Shown piece by piece: positions 13,250-24,700 of a stretch of 64,000 nt of DNA. Source of the DNA: Azolla caroliniana. Taxonomy: Eukaryota > Plantae > Polypodiophyta. Below the pieces are notes generated by a model. That model saw only the letters and a list, made by a program, of their open reading frames with translations, was not told the origin of the DNA and did no database searches. Both the position numbers and the translations under genes were made by a program. Positions within the stretch are counted from its first letter, which is position 1. The number at the start of each line of letters is the position of its first letter. The stretch covers positions 19,406,001-19,470,000 of the forward strand of contig JBHGNT010000004.1 of the NCBI GenBank assembly GCA_043228905.1, in the 5' to 3' direction.

Positions 13250-13321
13250 TGTGGTTGCTGGGATTCGACCCTAGGTCTCCACGGCCACAACAGGGATTTC
13301 TTACCACTAAACTACAACAAC
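13250..13321 (-). pseudogene. Degenerate tRNA-His copy
   Basis: Anticodon and acceptor stem mismatches. Confidence 0.78.
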
Positions 13322-14167
13322 CGAGTTTGGTTTGCCAAATTGAAACAAAGTCTTCACAATCGCAACATGCAGTTGGAACCACTAAGTATTGACTTTCCAT
13401 GTTGCATGCATAAATTCATACCTACACTCTATATAACATATTAGGCATGTCTCCATAAAGGCGTCCATAAATGTGGAATTCTAATCACTAAGACTTGACT
13501 TTCTATGTGGCGTGAATAAATTTATGTACACAATTTATATGACATATTAGGCAAGTCTCGCTAAACCCATGGACAAATTCATGTGCACATTCTATATGAA
13601 ATAGGAGCCAAGATTGCACTCGTGACAATATTGTTCAAAGTGGAAAATGAAAACCAATGACATGCCAACTTCATACCCTCCCGAATTCAAAATCTATCAG
13701 TTTTCACACGTGAATGTACACTGAATTTCGGGGTCTTTCGTGGGATGTATGCGCAAGTCTTGACTACGACGACCTCGAAATTTAACCACTAAGTCGATTT
13801 TTTTGCCGAAATTAATTATTATGGTTATTTGCATTTGCAAACAATAATCCATCTACACATTCGATACGTAATATGCGTCAAGCCGGTCCGATAACATTGT
13901 CTAATGTTACGCTCATTGTTTGTCGAGCTTATGTCTCCATGACCGTAACACTCAATTCTAACCACTAAAGTAAAACCAAAAAATTCTTTTAAACCCTAAA
14001 CAATCTGAGTTGGGGTAAACATTTGATAGGAACTTTTGTTGGGGATGGTTGGTCGTATCTGTTTGCTCAAATTAAATTGTTAGCCTCCTCGGTATATGCA
14101 ACCAACTGCCTATCTTAAATCGATTGGGATTTGAAGCATCCTTATAAGTTGATATACTCAGTTTTTG

Positions 14168-14239
14168 TGTGGTTGCTAGGATTCGAGGCCAAGTCTCCAC
14201 GGCCACAACGTGGAATTCGAAGCACTAAATTACAACGAC
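14168..14239 (-). pseudogene. Degenerate tRNA-His copy
   Basis: T-stem and acceptor mismatches. Confidence 0.78.
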
Positions 14240-15031
14240 CGAGTTTGTGTTGCCAAATTGCAACTAACTCTTCACAACCGCAACATGGTGTTGTAACCAC
14301 TAAGTATTGACTTGCCATGTTGCATACCTAAATTCATGGCTACATTCTATATAAGATATTAGGCCAGTTTCCATAAAGGCGTCGATAAATGTGGAATTCT
14401 AATAACCTAGACTTCAATTCTTATGTGGCTTGAATAAATAGATGTACAAAATATATATGACATATGAGGCAAGTTTCGATAAAGCCATGGACCAAATCAT
14501 GTACACATTCTATATGAAATAGGAGCCAACATTGCACTTGTGTCAATATTGTGCAATTCGGAAAATGGAAACCAATGATATGCCAACTTCATACCTTGTC
14601 GAATTTAAAATCTAACGGTTTTCACACGTGAATGTACACTAAAATTTAACATCTGAGTTGATTTTTTTGCTCAAATTAATTATTATGGTTATTTGCGTTT
14701 GCAAACAATAATGCATGTACACATACGATACATTAATATGCATCAAGCCTTCCGATAACATTGTATAATGTCAAGCTCATTGTTTGTCGAGCTTAGGTCT
14801 CCAAGACCATAACGTGGACATCTAACCACTAAATTAAAACCACAAAATTCTATTAAACCCTAAATAGTCTTTGTTGGGACAAGCATTTGATGGGAACCTT
14901 TGTTGGGGATGGTTGGTCGTATCTTTTTGTTCAAATTAAATTGGTAGGGTCCTCGGTATTTGCAACCAACTGCCTATGTCAAATCCATTGGAATTCAAAG
15001 TATCCTTACAAGAGTATATACTTAGTTTTGG

Positions 15032-15103
15032 TGTGGTTGCTAGGATTCGAGCCCAGGTCTCCACGGCCACATTGTGGAATTCTAAGCAGTAAACTATAAC
15101 CAC
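15032..15103 (-). pseudogene. Degenerate tRNA-His copy
   Basis: Multiple substitutions. Confidence 0.78.
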
Positions 15104-15446
15104 CGAGTTTGTGTTGCCATATTAGAGCTGACACTTCACAACCGCAACATGGAATTGTAGCCACTAAGTACTAACCTCGCCTATTGCATGCATAAATTTA
15201 TAGCTACAGTGTACATAAATATTAGGCAAGTCTCCTTAAAGGCATCCATATATATGGAATGTTAGCCAGCCTGCAAGGAGTGGAGGACAGTCTAGAATGT
15301 GAATCTGAAGGTGTTATTAGAAAAATTAGTAATTAAGTATATTTTTAGAAGTGAAAGGACTGACCTGAATCGGTATGCCGATCCAGATCTGGACCGGTGC
15401 ATATCAGTGTGCCGGTTGGCACCGTTTTGTATTCAGAGCCAGTGAT

Positions 15447-15800
15447 TGTCACGGATCATAAACTCAAGAGACAAGCAAGAAGATAACCAAATGGACAAGA
15501 AAGAAGATAGTATTAAAGGAAAGACTCCATAATTGGTGTTGTTCACCTTGAATTCTTTCAAGGTGATCTCCTCTATTTATACTACATGGCATGCATACTT
15601 GTTGCACGCATGTGAATCCACAATAGAGCATGTAGGTATGCATGCATGTGCCAAGTGTAAATACTACAAGGGAGCAACTATGCACATGATGCTAGCAAAA
15701 TAATAAGGATCAATTACATACATAACTATGTACTAGATATCTTGGTTAACTCACAATACTAGATTATAACTATGTCGTCTCAAAAGTTCGAATCTTGACA
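15447..15800 (-). repeat. C1 3' LTR
   Basis: Near-identical to 21124-21477. Confidence 0.95.
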
Positions 15801-15819
15801 TTATCCTCCCTCCTACGCC

Positions 15820-18800
15820 ACCTTCCTAAATAGGCCACTGGTTTGTGGGGATATCGGTGATGAAAATCTTGGACGACCTATGGGGCATTTTGTAAATTTG
15901 CCGATGGTTTCCACGTGGCCTCAGACATGGGGTAACCCCTCCATAGGACGAGGTATTGCAAGTATCGACGGTGCCAACGCGAGTCAAGGATTTGGTCGAC
16001 CTCGTATTCCTCCCCTGTCGTCAATTGCACAGGTGGTGGTGCTGGGGCCTGACGTCCTGGGAGTTGTGAAGCATAATGGGGTTCGAGGAGGGAGACATGA
16101 AAAACATCGTGAATTCGGAAGTGGGATGGAAGGGCGAGCCGGAAGGTGACGGGATTGATGCACTCGATGATACGGAATGGTCCCAACTTCTTGTAATCAA
16201 GTTTCACACATGGATGAGTAGTAGAGATGTGTCGACATAACAACCAGACCATGTCTCCAACGACAAAGTGTGGAGTGGAAGATCGATGGCGATCAGCCTG
16301 CTTCTTGTATCATTCACTAGCAAGACTAAGCTCCAAGGATAAATCACAATGTAGTTCTTCCAAAATGCGGGCGCGATCCTCCGCCGAAGGGTTCACGGAA
16401 GTGGTAGGAAGGGAAATGTTGAAGCGAGGATGTAAACCATAGTTGGCAAAGAAGGGAGTGACGCCAATCGATGCATGGAGAGAATTATTGTAGGCGAATT
16501 CCGCAAGCGAAAGTAAGTTGACCCAATCATCTTTTTGGTAACTAACCGAGCACCGAAGATACTGCTCAAGGATTTGGTTGACACGCTCCATTTGCCTGTC
16601 AGTTTGGGGGTGATAAGCGGAGGACAACTTGACAGAGATGCCTAAAGTTTGTAGCAGGCGCTGCCAAAAGTGAGAGACAAACTGGGGTTCGCAATCCGAG
16701 ATGACATCATCGGGGGGAGTCCATGCAAGCGTACCACATTGTTGAGTAGTAGATGCACCATTCCTTCTCCGGAAATGGTTTTGGAGCATGGAGTGAAGTG
16801 AGCCATCTTCGTAAACCGATCAACAATGAACAACACTGAGTCATAGCTATTGACCAAGGGTAGATCAGTTATCAGGTCCATAGAGATAGAGGCCCAAGGA
16901 CGACGAGGACATTGCAGCGGTTGTAGTAAGCCGTATGGCCGATGATGAATGGCTTGTTGGGAGACAGGTCCCTCCGGATGGAAGAGAGAAGAAACTCGGC
17001 CGGATGAGGAGTACCCGGCTACGGAGAGCCGGATGGTGCAGACCCGGTGAGAACCGGATGAGGAGTACCCGGCCACGGAGAGCCGGATGGTGCAGACCCG
17101 GTGAGAACCGGATGAGGAGGACCCGACTACGGAGAGCCGGATGGTGCAAACCCGGTGAGAACCGGATGAGGAGTACCCGGCTATGGAGAGCCGGATAGTG
17201 CAGACCCGGTGAAAACCGGATGAAGAGACATATTCGTAAATATGTTTCTGAGAGTGCATCGAGGCTATATTTGTAAATAGCCGAAAAGTCATATTAGTAT
17301 AAATATGACTTAGGGCAACTTTTAGTTACTGTTGTTGTTGTTGTTGTCATTCTTGTTGGTGTAAGAAGCGAGAGCACGTAACAGTGGATAGAGAGAGAGA
17401 GAGAGAAAGAGGTCGTTACCTCTGTTGTAATCGCCGCCTGTGGCGAAGATCATGAGCGCGAGGTCGTTGCCTCCGTGGGCTCACTGTTGTAATTATTGTG
17501 TCATAGTGATAGTTAGCAGTCAGTGGACTGCCGTGGTTTTTCCCTCTCTGGGTTTTCCATGTTAAACATCCTGTGTACATTTTCCTCTCCTTTGTGTCGT
17601 GTGGTTCCGTTTCCCGTTTTCTGTGTATGAATCTAAGTTTGGTTGTAGCCGAGCGTTGCGCATAAGGAGCGTGCAGTTCCCGACATGGCTTTGGAGTGAG
17701 GACAAACCTCACAACTCTTTATGTATTCTTTGACCAACTTCCATGGTTGTGGCCACCAATACCCCCGAGAGATTAGCTCGAGGGTTTTCGCGACCCCGAA
17801 ATGACCTGCAAGTGGGTCATCGTGGCATTCCCGCAACACCCGGGTGCGACATGGGCCCTCCGGGACGTATAAGAGATGATCTCGGAACAAAAAACCCTCT
17901 GGTATGGTGAAGGTGTCATGATCCTTCCTTTTGGTCGCCTTGGAGGGGTTTTGCAGACTATCTCGAATCTCGTTGGTGAATGCATCGGTCTTGGATGCAT
18001 CAATGATTTGTTGGAGTAAAGAATCATCCTGCAACATACAAGTGGCAAAAAGATGCAATTGGTCAGGTTTCAACAAACGTCTAGATTGTTGAGCATAAGC
18101 AGCATCCCCAGGGCGGAGTGCAAGGTCAGCTCGCCGAGAAAGGGCATCAGCCTTCCCATGTTGGCCACCAGGTCGAAATACGATCTCAAAATCGTAGTTG
18201 GCGAGAAATGTCGACCAACGGGCCTGCCTTCAATTCAAAGTACGAGTGGTGGAAAAATAAACTAAATTTTTATGATCAGTCACTACCTGGACACGATGTT
18301 GTGCGCCGGCCAAGTAGGGTCGCCATTCTTCAAAGGCAGCAATGATAGCAGCAAGCTCCTTTTCGTAAATGGGATAATTGATTTCGGATGCCGTAATTTT
18401 TCGGGAATAGTAAGCCACTGGGTGCATTAGGTTGTTGTTGTCTGCGGGGGATAAGATGGCGCCAATGGCAAAGTCAGAGGCATCTGTTTCGACTTGGAAG
18501 GGTTTTGTGGGGTCGGCATGTAGCAACATCGGGGCAGTGATGAATGCGTGTTTGAGTGAATCGATTGCATTTTGCGCCTCCGAGGTCCATAAAAATGGAG
18601 TGCCTTTATGGGTGAGAGTGATAAGAGGTTGTGATAGGGTGGAAAACCCCTTGATGAAGCGACGGTAAAAATTCGCGAAGCCGAGGAAGCATTGCACATC
18701 TTTAAGTCTCCTTGGAGTCTCCCACGCCTGAATGACAGAGACCTTCTTCATATCCATGGTGATGCCAGTGGGCGAGATGATGTAGCCCAGAAATTCGATC

Positions 18801-20084
18801 GAGGTACGGTCGAACTCACATTTCTCGCCTTTGGCATAAAGGTCATGCTCGCGAAGTTTGGCAAGAACTAATCGGACTTGGCGAGTGTGCTCCTCCATGT
18901 TTGGCGAGAAAATGAGAATATCATCGAGGTAAATGACAACAAAAAGATCAAGATATTCCCGGAATATATCCTTTATCATATGTTGAAAAACTGTGGGAGC
19001 ATTAGTAAGACTAAAAGGCATTACCTTGTATTCGAAATGCCCATATCGTGTTCGAAATGCGGTTTTCCATTCATCCCCCGACTTGATGCGTACTAGATTG
19101 TATGCTCCACGCAGATCAACTTTGGAGAAGACACGCGCAACTCGGAGCCGATCAAGGAGTTCGGGGATCAGAGGTAGCAGATAGAGGTTGCGCACAGTGA
19201 GTTTGTTGAGACCTCGGTAGTCGACGCATAAGCGTAGAGAGCCGTCTTTCTTCTTCACAAATAAAATGGGGGCCCCGGCTAGTGACTTAGAAGGTTGAAT
19301 AAATCCTTTTATCGAGGTTCTCATCGAGATACACACGAAGGGCCTTCAACTCTGGTGCAGACAACGCATATAGAGGACCAAAGGGTGGACACGCACCTTC
19401 TTGAAGATCAATCAGACAGTCGTAGAGCCGGTGTTCAGGCAAACGATCAGAATTACCTTTTTCAAATATGTCGGAGAAGTGTTGGTATTTTTCGGGTATA
19501 ACATGGAGTGTGTTAGAAATGGCGCCACAAACAAACCCATCCTGGACCGATGATGGGGTAGTCAATTCGGAGTCGACCGTCTCCGAAGGATAGGAAACTG
19601 AATTTACCTTCATACTTTTGCACGAGCATCTTGGCTTGCTAAATGTGATCGAGTGGTTGCACCAATCCACTATTGGATTGTGCGACTCCAACCACATTAG
19701 TCCTAAGACGATCGGATGTCGAAGAGATGCGATGAGGTAAAAGGCGAGCTCCTCCTGGTGTGAGCCCACCCGAAGCCCTAATGGGATTGTAGCTTGAGTA
19801 ATTGCACCTGACGAGAGGACACACCCGTTGATGGCTTCAACTGGAATGGGTTTTGAGAGGCCAACGACAGGTACGCCATGTGCTTGGGCAAACGCGAAGT
19901 CGATGAAGCAAGAAGATGCCCTAGAATCAAGTAAAGCAACAGACTGAATGGAACTAGAGTTAAACAAAAGCCATACCTCCAATGTGAAATTGCCTGATGG
20001 TCCGGCAATGGAAACAAGAGAATGTGGGCGACGGGAGATGTTCAGTTGCATGGCTTCTACTTCAACCGAACGATGTCATTTTCC
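15820..20084 (-). pseudogene. pol: C1 pol (PR-RT-RNase H-integrase-chromodomain), disrupted
   Basis: LLDSRAS, VIYLDDILI, TDASDFAIG, CHDDPLAGHFG, EEYEVDQILDSR...YLVLWRGY; frameshifts and a solo-LTR insertion. Confidence 0.92.
16955..17685 (+). mobile_element. Solo LTR (family D, Copia-related) inserted in the C1 integrase
   Basis: TGTTGGGA...TCCCGACA termini; perfect TSD TGGCT; about four 54-bp CCGG-rich tandem repeats at 16999-17222; similar to the Copia LTR 53617-54480. Confidence 0.92.
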
Positions 20085-21073
20085 GGATGTTGGGGTCCGT
20101 TAGTTCGATGGAATTGTGGGCGAGTACTCCTAGGATAATGGCGAACGACATGACCGGAGGCGCCACAATACATGCACAAGCCATTAGCCCGCCGAAATTG
20201 TCGTTCAGCATTAGTCAATGGCCAAAATCGGGCTTGATCAATTTCCATGGGGACAGGAGCATCTGCCAAAGTAGGCGAGTGTGAGGATGCCTGGGGTTGT
20301 ATGACCGGGGCGTGGCATGGAAGTGAATGAGGTGGAACCCAAGTCCGGGGCTCTTCTTGGTGAAATTCGAAAAGACGATTGTCACAATGGACTGCTTGTG
20401 AAATCACTTGGGATAACGAGGTGGGCTCCGGAAAGTTTAAGAGAAGATTCTTGACATTGCTTCGAAGGCCGCGCCGAAAGTGATAAGCTAAAGCTTGATC
20501 ATCCCAATTGACGTCGCATGCTAGTTGTCGAAATTCTGAAGCATAGACCGAAGCTACACGCGAACCTTGTTCGAGTGCATAAATCTTGTTAAGAGTTGTA
20601 CGTCGTCGGTCCATCTCTCCAAATGTGGCCTCTAACTCGGCGACGAAGGCGGGAAAGTCCTCCAATAGAGGTGACGAGGTTTCTACCAATGGTGCAAACC
20701 AAGCTTGGGCCGGACCGGAGAGAAGGGTGCCCACAAGGCCGGCTTGTCGAAGACCATCTCCATAACGTTGAGGTTGTAGCCGAATGATAAGTCGAACTTG
20801 GTTGATGAAACCTCGGAAATGCGACCTCGTTCCATCAAATTTTTCTGGGAGGCTAACCTTAGGCTCAAGAAACTGTGATGAAGCTAGGCTAGATGTTGGT
20901 AGAAGATCGGGCTCTAGGCTAGGTTGATGTCGGAGACTAGGGTTCGTGGGTTGTGAGGATAGGGAGGTACCGACTTGAAGTTCTTGTAAAGAATTTCGAA
21001 GAGCTTCATTTTCAAGCTGTAGTTGTCGTAAGGCTAACATTATTTGGCCTAACTCACTAGTTGAGTCGGACAT
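20057..21073 (-). CDS. gag: C1 Gag (338 aa, open frame)
   Basis: LPEKFDG, LxQGxxxxxxYxxEF, FRRGL, PMEID, CMYCGASGHVVRH. Confidence 0.9.
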   Translation of the reverse strand: MSDSTSELGQIMLALRQLQLENEALRNSLQELQVGTSLSSQPTNPSLRHQPSLEPDLLPTSSLASSQFLEPKVSLPEKFDGTRSHFRGFINQVRLIIRLQPQRYGDGLRQAGLVGTLLSGPAQAWFAPLVETSSPLLEDFPAFVAELEATFGEMDRRRTTLNKIYALEQGSRVASVYASEFRQLACDVNWDDQALAYHFRRGLRSNVKNLLLNFPEPTSLSQVISQAVHCDNRLFEFHQEEPRTWVPPHSLPCHAPVIQPQASSHSPTLADAPVPMEIDQARFWPLTNAERQFRRANGLCMYCGASGHVVRHYPRSTRPQFHRTNGPQHPENDIVRLK

Positions 21074-21110
21074 AGCTATGGCTTATGAGAGGGAGAGCTA
21101 TGAGGATGGG

Positions 21111-21121
21111 AAGGTGAACAA
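21111..21121 (-). promoter_or_regulatory. Putative self-priming primer-binding site (PBS) of C1
   Basis: TTGTTCACCTT, 2 nt after the LTR and with no TGG; complementary to AAGGTGAACAA (21226-21216), which starts 32 nt downstream of TATAAATA. Confidence 0.8.
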
Positions 21122-21123
21122 AC

Positions 21124-21477
21124 TGTCACGGATCATAAGCTCAAGAGACAAGCAAGAAGATAACCAAATGGACAAGAAAGAAGATAGTATTAAAGGAAAG
21201 ACTCCATGACTGGTGTTGTTCACCTTGAATTCCTTCAAGGTGACCTCCTCTATTTATACTACATGGCATGCATACTTGTTGCACGCATGTGAATCCACAA
21301 TAGAGCATGTAGGTATGCATGCATGTGCCAAGTGTAAATACTACAAGGGAGCAACTATGCACATGATGCTAGCAAAATAATAAGGATCAATTACATACAT
21401 AACTATGTACTAGATATCTTGGTTAAATCATAATACTAGATTATAACTATGTCGTGTCAAGAGTTCGAATCTTGACA
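21124..21477 (-). repeat. C1 5' LTR
   Basis: TGTCA...TGACA; TATAAATA at 21258-21251. Confidence 0.95.
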
Positions 21478-21797
21478 ATGATCTATAAAAGGCCCAGTTA
21501 CATTGTAAATCAGGACGGATAATTAATAAAGCCCTATTGTCTTATCTCTGTGTTTTGATTACCGTTCTGTGCTAATTACTTTCTATCTTACGCGTGTATT
21601 AAGATTTATTATATGTTGCTTAAGTAGCCGATAAAGGTTTGATTAATCATCGGTCTAACTCTATCTCACCATAGCACCCTTTGGTGAAGTGTCTTTCGTA
21701 GACACCTTGTGTTAGGCTATTGTCCGGCCCTTGGGAGTAACATAGTTTTTGGCAACCATGATTCCTGCATAAGCGCAACGAACATCGACGGGAATGG

Positions 21798-24700
21798 ATG
21801 ACTAGACCAACGAATGGACCGGTTACAGATCGAGCAAGGAGACTTGCTGAGCGGCTGCGGAAGCGAGAGGCCTTCCAACAGGCGGCAACAGAGATTCATC
21901 CGGATCAATCATTTTCCAAAGTGATCCGGAGAATGGACGAGGAGTCACTCCGTTTGCAACAAGATTTCCACCCCGACGAAGGAAGCAACTTAAGTAGTCT
22001 TCGGGAAGCGAAATCCCTTCTACAGGCATTAGCTGCAGGAGAAGGCGATTCAGAATTGTTTTCGGGATTTGAATTGTATTCAGATGGCGAATATAACGCT
22101 CATTCCAATTACCGTAATAGTCACGACAACCCAGACGGACCGGCGGACGAGGAATCAGATACCTTATCGACATCGAAACCAGAATTGATAGAATTGGAAG
22201 CCACAAACTGGCCAAGGTCTGAGAAAACCTCGACACCTGAAGTAGAGGAGGAAAGACCTCCCACTGAGGAAGAAAGACCTCCGACAAAGGAGGAGGAGCG
22301 ACCTCCGACGGAGGACGAGGAAAGAACTCCGACACCACCAGCCCGCATTCCAACACTGGACGACAACATGTCATTTCAATATCCCAAGTACCGGGATGAT
22401 CCGGACGTAGAGGCCCAGGTCTATGCATTTCAGCAGACTTGGGAAGCGAATCATGTGTCACAACGCTTAACTACGACTGAAGCAGAACGCTCAAAGATGG
22501 CAGAGTTCGGCATGACCCTGGAAGGGCCCGTCGCCAGATGGCGCCTGACGCAAGATCCCAGCACCATGACAACGTTTGAGGCATTGAAAACTAAATTCTT
22601 ACACTTTTTTCACAAAGAGGTGGATCAATGGGAAATGGTCGGCCTATTTTATACCATCTGGTAGGAGCCCACGGAGAACATTCAACAATTTGTAATCCGA
22701 TTCCAGAGAATGCCCAGCCAGCTCAGTCGGGCACCACCGGAGGAAGAGACTAAGGCGATATTCCTAGCAGCACTCCGGGAACCCCTATGAACGGTGTGCA
22801 CCGTCATTGATTTCCGCGCGAGTTTCATTGACTAGGTTATAGACCCAGTCAGGGAAATGGAAAACTCCAACTCGTGGCTGATGATGGGGGCACTCCAACG
22901 AACGTTACCAACCGATGAAGACCTCCGATTTCGACAAGCAATTCAATGTACGACTTGCCTGAATGCCAGACACTCGGTGTTGGAGTGCACCATGCGTTCT
23001 CAATGCCTGCTTTGCCATTCCAGAAACCACACAATGGATCGGTGCGAGTATAACTTGTTGAATTGGCAAGCGCCACTGGTCTGGCAAATCGAACTACAGA
23101 GCTACTAGGAGGAGGAAGAAGAGTGCTGGCGGCGAGAGGAGCGTTACCGGCCGGCACAAGATGTCCAGTATAGTGATCGAAGAGACGCTTATGACCGTGA
23201 CCGTTATGATAGATATGATAGATATCGGGACTATAATGGGGAATGGAATGAGCGATACAACCGGGATCACTCCCCCGGGTACAACCCACGAAGGGAGGAC
23301 TATGGCAAGTATGATGACTGGCCTCGATAGGGTTACCGGAACAAAAAGCATTTCAACAAAGAACGGCATTTCAATAAAAAAAGGGGATCACCAACGGGGG
23401 CCAGAAAAGGGTACACCAAGCACCCAACCGGACCAAGGCCAACCACTTACAACAGGACCTCAACCGGGTGCCGGAGCGATAGCAGAATCCAGCAACACCC
23501 GGAAGGCTTACTGCTACTATTGCCGACAAGACGGACACTACAGTAACCAATGTTCGACGAAAAGCTACGATAAGAGAGAAACGGTAAACTTGGTGGTAGC
23601 GGAAGTTGCGGACATACAACAAGTGAGCACGAGGTCAAAAGGAAAAGCAATGGAGTGGGAAACCCAAGAAGCCATCCGGAAGCAGGCCACCGAATGGGTA
23701 AAGAAGGCAAATGAGTGGAATGTGGCAGAACTGGAACAACAAAAAGAGAATCCAGAGGAGCCCACCGGCAATAGCTAGGCGGAAAACCCAACATGGCAAG
23801 CATTACAAGAATGCCAAATCACGCTGCCATTAGGTTGGCTATTGCAGTTGGTACCTTGGTTTACGGAAGGACTGGAGACGGGAATTACTACGGTCGACAC
23901 GCCACCGACGTTCTTTTAAAATCCGGAGGAAGGACCGACGGTAGTGGACACGAGTAGTCCGGCTATCACAACCATCGTCAAGGGACGAGAGCTACCCGGA
24001 ACGATTATAGACGGGGGATCCGGCGTGAACGTGATTAGCCTCCGAACTAGCCTCCGAACTTGTAATACCCTAGAATCCAGGACTGGGAGCCGCGCCCGTT
24101 TTGGCTCCGGATGGCAGACACAAGTTCAGTAAGACCTACCGGATTGATACGAGATTTGGAAGTGACTATTGGAGGTCACGCATTCTGCATTTAGGCAGTA
24201 GTCCTCCAACTGTTGCTGGGCCGCCCATGGCTAAAAACACCGAACATCAAGCAAAATTGGCGGAAAAACATAATTACCTTCCGGCGCGGCAAAGCGAAAG
24301 TACTAGTACCTACACACACAACCACGTTTGAGTACCGGCAAGGAGCTGACACCACTGTATGCAGAATGTGTCAACATGCTTGGCGGATTGGCTGATGAAG
24401 AGGTCGATCGGTACTTACAGGAGAATGTGAAAATTGTACCCTTATTTGAAATTGATGTCGCCGAAGCATTGGCACCATATATAATGCAACTGGAGGATGC
24501 GGATGAAGAACCGGATAAAGCAGTCATCAGAGAGTTACGGCAAGCGTAGGAAGCTTTGGAGAAGGAATTGGTAGTATCTCAACATGTAAAAGCCTCTCAG
24601 CTGGAAGAGGTAAACCTAGGCATCGTAGAAGACGCAAGACCGGTTCACATCGCCAAAGAAATGACTCTAGAAAGGAAGACGACAATGATCACCTTCTTAA

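Larger units (their letters stand above)
6790..15259 (-). repeat. Tandem array of ~900-bp tRNA-His-containing units, block 1 (10 tRNA copies)
   Basis: tRNA copies at 7226, 8143, 9047, 9947, 10591, 11449, 12363, 13250, 14168 and 15032; spacing 858-918 bp except one deleted unit (644 bp). Confidence 0.95.
15447..21477 (-). mobile_element. Full-length Ty3/Gypsy chromovirus C1 (Tcn1/Tf1-like) inserted in the B1 5' LTR
   Basis: Two 354-bp LTRs (TGTCA...TGACA); TSD GTGAT/ATGAT; PPT AGGAGGGAGGATAA at 15801-15814; gag, PR, RT (YLDD), RNase H, integrase, chromodomain. Confidence 0.95.

Noticed and set aside
8048-15099. Recurrent short ORFs in the satellite (e.g. VVRIPRCGRGDLGSNPSNH)
   Set aside because: They are translations of the tRNA-His repeat on both strands, with variable stops between units
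16990-17225. Regularly spaced repeats resembling a CRISPR array
   Set aside because: Head-to-tail 54-bp repeats with no unique spacers, inside a TSD-bounded LTR; eukaryotic context and no cas genes
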